Positions 62,252-64,000 of a stretch of DNA of 64,000 nucleotides are shown in pieces; the stretch's first letter is position 1; each line of letters starts with the position of its first letter. The notes below the pieces were generated by a model that was not told the origin of the DNA, did no database searches, and worked only from the letters and a program-made list of their open reading frames with translations. Both the position numbers and the translations under genes were made by a program. The DNA lies in the NCBI GenBank assembly GCA_019358915.1, contig JAHHIM010000011.1:68802-132801 (forward strand), in the 5' to 3' direction. The stretch comes from Trichormus sp. ATA11-4-KO1 (GTDB lineage: Bacteria > Cyanobacteriota > Cyanobacteriia > Cyanobacteriales > Nostocaceae).

Positions 62252-63874
62252 CATTCGTGAGAGGTTAAGGTAATTGCACATTTGTCAAGAGGGTGCAGGA
62301 AAAGGAGATAAATCCAGCTTGGAGACAGGCTTTCGCAAGGCTTTGACAATTCCTAAATCTTGATTTTCAGGAGCCGCAAAGTACTTAACAGGGTCATCCG
62401 CCTTACCTTTGTCGTAAGCGACACTAAAATGATACAAACCACGAAAAATCATCTCTAAAGAAATGCGGTCAAATGGTAGAGATAACTCATCAGCAACAGC
62501 GTCAGCTAAGTCAATTAAAACAGCATAAAATAACCAAGTAGCCCAGACTTGTAACTTGACACCATTAATAGAACCTGTCCACAAATAAGATAATCCTAAT
62601 AACCGTTTGACCGTGTAAAAAGCCTCTTCAATGCGCCATCTGCGACGGTATAAGTCTGCGACTACATAGGGAGGTAGAACTTGTGGGTCAAGGACAGAAG
62701 TAATATAAGAATAATTAGTCTTACCCACCTTGATTTCGATTAAACGTAAAGTCAGAATTGGCGCGCCACGACGAACAGTACCAAGTTGAATTAATCGGTC
62801 TTTAATAGAATAATCATAAGTGAAAATTTTGAGATATTTAATAGATGCTTTGGCTTTTAAGCGAGTAATAAAATGAACATCTTGATTAATTAACTGTTGC
62901 AAGAATTGGAAATGATAAAAACCTCTGTCAAGTAAAATCAGGGTTTTAGCTTTTAATAAATTCAGCAATGGAGTTTCAAAATTAGTTTCTGATGCAGCGG
63001 GATTAGTGTGAAACCAAACTTCCACTGGTAAACGGTTAACCAAATCAATAACTGTACATATTTTTCCAGCTAACTGACCTGTTTTCAGCTCTTCCAGGCT
63101 TTTGAGCTTGCGAAATAAAGCTTCTAAAGTAGACCCGTCAGCAATCCAAATTCGCTCAAAATTATTCAGTGCAAACTTAACACTATCTGGTAGTGGTCGT
63201 TTAATTCTTTGCTGCCAATTGAGTTGTAAACGAGGGAGTAAATCTTTAAATACTCGCTCAAACAATTCAGCCGGAAATACTAAAAATCTTTGGGCAAGAG
63301 ATTGTTGAGCTACTGTTGTGGCACGACACCATAATAAATCTTCTCTGGCTAATAAGCGATTTAATTCTTGGACTCCAGGAACTTGCCGCCACAATAAAGT
63401 TAATACTGCGGCCACCATCATAGATAAATTGATAATTCTATCTCGTAATCCTAACTGCTTGTAATATTTTTGTTGATTAAAGATAGCTGGAGTTAATAAA
63501 GCGTGTCTTTGTGGGCAGCAATCGCTTCATTATCTATAGTAGGAGTATGATGTTTTTGTGTGTGGTCAGAGTTGTGTTTTGGTCGCTTGGGCATGGCGGT
63601 GAACCAAACTTTTTTGTGAACTCGCTTAATAATTGAATTTACCGAATAATGTTGCCCAATTTTGATAAAAGTATTCGGTCGTTACAATAGTTTTCAATGA
63701 AGATTTCAGCTATTAAAAACTCTAGTAATAATGATAATCAAATAAAGGGGGAAGGAGGCGAGCGTTGCTCGCCTCCTTCCCCCACCCCCGCGCGCGATTA
63801 TCATTCTTATTTAAATTATTTTGAGTATTTTAACTGATTGACAAAATGCGTTTTAACTTAACCTATCACGGATG
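62252..63874 (-). mobile_element. Full-length IS4-family element (1623 bp)
   Basis: TIRs CATTCGTGAGAGGTTAAG / CATCCGTGATAGGTTAAG; no target duplication visible. Confidence 0.88.
62285..63594 (-). pseudogene. IS4-family DDE transposase, frameshifted near codon 29
   Basis: IADGSTL, LLDRGFY and YREK motif YRRRWRIEEAFYTVK; ATG at 63594 is out of frame with the main ORF. Confidence 0.8.
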
Positions 63875-64000
63875 GGCTGCGCCTTACCTGGTGACAATTC
63901 AAATCAAACCAAGCACATAAGAATACTTGGACGTTTTAGTTGCTGAATTAAATAATTAGAAAGCAAGTTATGCTTGATTTGATAAATAGTTTGACCAGTG

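Overview
Chromosomal window from a filamentous, heterocyst-forming cyanobacterium (Nostocales). Evidence: abundant HIP1 octamers (GCGATCGC), heptameric STRR repeats, psaE, ndhO, nrrA with a canonical NtcA promoter, and Fd-GOGAT. Most of it is core genome: typA, mraY, psaE, mutM, mdh, pgi, natC/natA, hemA, glpX, tadA, plsC, bolA-grxD, nrrA, clpS, dapL, radical SAM-rne-rnhB, pheA, the rpsL-rpsG-fusA-tuf-rpsJ operon and glsF. Small accessory insertions are scattered through it. (1) Two tandem hicAB cassettes sit in the 3' end of natA, bounded by degenerate HIP1-containing copies of that end. They share near-identical outer parts but differ in the HicA body and HicB N-terminus. (2) The mdh-pgi interval carries a Schlafen/AlbA fragment cut at a HIP1 site, an aspartyl-protease gene pair and an orphan double-Nif11 protein. 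(3) There are further TA modules and remnants. (4) Several 21-30 nt mobile mini-elements occur, one inserted in frame into a HIP1 site inside an ABC ATPase gene. (5) The right end is a nested IS1634/IS4/IS4 pile. No rRNA, tRNA or CRISPR array was seen. Family assignments come from motif recognition and memory, not database searches.
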